A stretch of DNA of 64,000 nt from contig OZ024761.1 of NCBI GenBank assembly GCA_964016885.1, positions 12,648,001-12,712,000 of the forward strand. The letters are read 5' to 3'. Under the pieces are notes generated by a model, which was given only the letters and a program-made list of their open reading frames with translations, searched no databases and was not told the origin of the DNA. This stretch comes from Eledone cirrhosa. Lineage: Eukaryota. Position numbers and translations under genes: made by a program. Every line of letters starts with the position of its first letter. The stretch's first letter is position 1. This document shows positions 58,828 through 64,000 of the stretch, piece by piece.

Positions 58828-59130
58828 GATATATATATATATACATATATATATATACATATATATATATACATATACATATATATATATACATATATAT
58901 ATATACATATATATATATACATATATATATATACATATATATATATACATATATATATATATACACATATATATATACACATATATATATATATACACAT
59001 ATATATGCATATATATATATATACATATATATATACATATATATATACATATATATATATACATATACATATATATATACATATATATATACATATATAT
59101 ATACATATATATATATACATATATATATAC

Positions 59131-59161
<31 letters not shown>

Positions 59162-59326
59162 CACATATATACATACACATATATACATACGCATATATAT
59201 ATATACACATATATATATACACATATATATATACATATATATATACACATATATATACGCATATATATATATACACATATATATATACACATATATATAT
59301 ACATATATATATACACATATATATAC

Positions 59327-59383
<57 letters not shown>

Positions 59384-59440
59384 CACATATATATATACAT
59401 ATATATATATATACATATATATATATACATATATATATAT

Positions 59441-59849
59441 GGTGATAAAAGCCGACCTTACCCAACTACACCTCTCAAAGTCAATGACACACGACCGTGA
59501 CTTCTGGCGTCACGCAGTAATACAGGGTACCCGACCTCCCATGGGTACATGCTGAAGCATATAAACAATATGCCCCCCCCCCCCCCCCACCGCAAGGTGG
59601 TCGTGGAGGTGCCACGGCAAAAAAGCACCCAGCCCACACTGTAAAGTGGACGTGTAGGCGCCACGAAAAAGCACCCAGCACTCACTGTAAATGAGGTTGG
59701 TGTTAGGAAGGGCATCCAGCTGTAGAAATCAAGCCAGATCAGTTCCTGTATGAGCAAGGCATGGTCAGCCGACCAGATACTGCCCACAACAGGACAACCC
59801 GTCTAACCCATGCTAGCGTGGAAGAACGGACGTAAAACGGTGATGATGA

Positions 59850-59852
<3 letters not shown>
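59441..59852 (+). mobile_element. RTE LINE 3' end, same subfamily as 51180-51765
   Basis: Aligns to ~51355-51765. Confidence 0.88.
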
Positions 59853-59890
<38 letters not shown>

Positions 59891-60222
59891 CATATATATA
59901 TACTCATATATATATACTCATATATATATACATATATATACATACACATGTATACATACATATATATATATATACACATATATATATACACATATATACA
60001 TACACATATATATATACACATATATATATACACATATATATATACACATATATATATACACATATATATATACACATATATATATATACACATATATATA
60101 TATACACATATATATATATACATATATATATATACATATATATATACATATATATATATACACATATATATACATATATATATACACATATATATATATA
60201 TATATATACATATATATATACA

Positions 60223-60419
60223 TAGAAAGGATGAATATAAAATGAAAGTGCTTTTGTTAAAAAAGGAATTTATTAGGTATTGACATATGTTTTTGCTAAC
60301 ATTATATGATTACGCAAGCAGCGATACATAGGTATTCGGTCTGTTACAGAAACATATGTCAATACCTAATAAATTCCTTTTTTAACAAAAGCACTTTCAT
60401 TTTATATTCATCCTTTCTA
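60223..60419. repeat. Perfect 70-bp inverted repeat with 57-bp spacer
   Basis: 60223-60292 is the exact reverse complement of 60350-60419. Confidence 0.92.
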
Positions 60420-60554
60420 CATTTCTCCGGAATATAATTTATACTCGTTGAGCAAACCTGCATGTACGCTGTTCATCTCTAACGTAACGATATATTATCA
60501 CTACATTATTGATAACCTGAAATTTTATATATATATACATATATATATATATAC

Positions 60555-60601
<47 letters not shown>

Positions 60602-60607
60602 CATATA

Positions 60608-62974
<2,367 letters not shown>

Positions 62975-63227
62975 CATATATATATACATATATATACATA
63001 TATATATATACACATATATATACATATATATATATATACACATATATATACATATATATATACACATATATATATACATATATATATATATATACATATA
63101 TACATATATATATACATATATATATATATATACATATATATATACATATATATATATACATATATATATATACACATATATATATACATATATATATATA
63201 CACATATATATATACACATATATACAT

Positions 63228-64000
63228 ATGAAGAGGCGGATTTTCAGGTCTCTACGAAGGTCCGACTTCCACACCGATCTCAAGCTGTGACACGCCGCCC
63301 AGGCCTTGCTCTTCCTCTCAACCACATCATCTTCCGTATTCCCAATCTTTGCTCCCAAATACAGGAAGTCCTCAACCAATTACAGCGGCTTCCCGCCTAC
63401 ATTAGTGATCCCCTCTGGCTTCTCAACATTCTCTACCAGATATTTTGTTTTAGTCTCATTCATTCTCAGCCCCACACTCATCGACACAGTCTCAACCTCC
63501 CGCATCAAATCCTCTGCCTCCTTCACTGTATTTGTCACCAAAACTATGTCGTCGGCAAATTCAGCATCCGATACCTTTTTCGCCCCAACTCTCCTGCTCT
63601 GAGCCGGTGCTACAGTAAAGCCAGTGTCCTGGTGTTTCTCCAGTGCAAGGCGCATACAATAGTCCACTACGATGATAAAAAGGTAGGGAGCCAATGTATC
63701 TCCCTGGAGCACTCCAGCCAGTATCTCAAAGAACTCTGTCATCCCATCAGGTGTAATGACTTGGGCTTTGGTGTTGGTGTAGAGCAGTGATATCAGGTCC
63801 ACTATCATCTTGGGGATTCCATTCATTGCTGTAGTGGAGTCTGTGCTGCTGTATGGGTCTGAGACTTGGACACTGACCAAGAAACTCACTCAGATGGAGG
63901 ATGGGTGCTACACGAGAATGCTGAGGATGGCTCTGAACATTAATCAGTATACACTGAGGATGAAAAACTCAGAGCTGTATGGGAGCATCCCAAAAGTCAG
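63228..64000. mobile_element. RTE-clade LINE with 5' inversion (63228-63820 on -, 63822 to window end on +)
   Basis: Minus strand: GIPKMIV...[13 protein letters not shown]...FADD...DLKIRLFI. Plus strand: FIAVVESVLLYGSETWTLTKK...GCYTRMLR. One in-frame stop at 63380. Confidence 0.9.

Overview
Eukaryotic, extremely AT-microsatellite-rich scaffold. The repeat content (CORE-type and Deu/Nin-type tRNA SINEs, RTE and CR1-group LINEs, huge (AT)n fields) points to an octopod cephalopod; this is an inference. About 60% of the window is (AT)n-based sequence, and the long 'IYIY' ORFs in the ORF track are artefacts of it. Three real spliced genes lie at 21-39 kb, all reconstructed by hand from GT-AG phases. 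(1) CCDC92-like, + strand, 3 coding exons, 376 aa. (2) CENP-V/GFA-family gene, - strand, 5 coding exons, 133 aa, largely invisible in the ORF track. (3) First coding exon of SSU72 (CSSNQNRS catalytic motif), + strand, head-to-head with CENPV across a CRE/ETS-motif promoter; the rest of SSU72 lies beyond a >25 kb intron. The remainder comprises an ~18 kb structured (AT)n satellite with invertible 6-8 bp spacers and higher-order periodicity, a 200-N gap, and many LINE/SINE/MITE fragments. It also holds several perfect hairpins or inverted repeats, TE-derived minisatellites, and an RTE copy with a twin-priming 5' inversion. I found no convincing novel protein system; the most unusual signals are structural.
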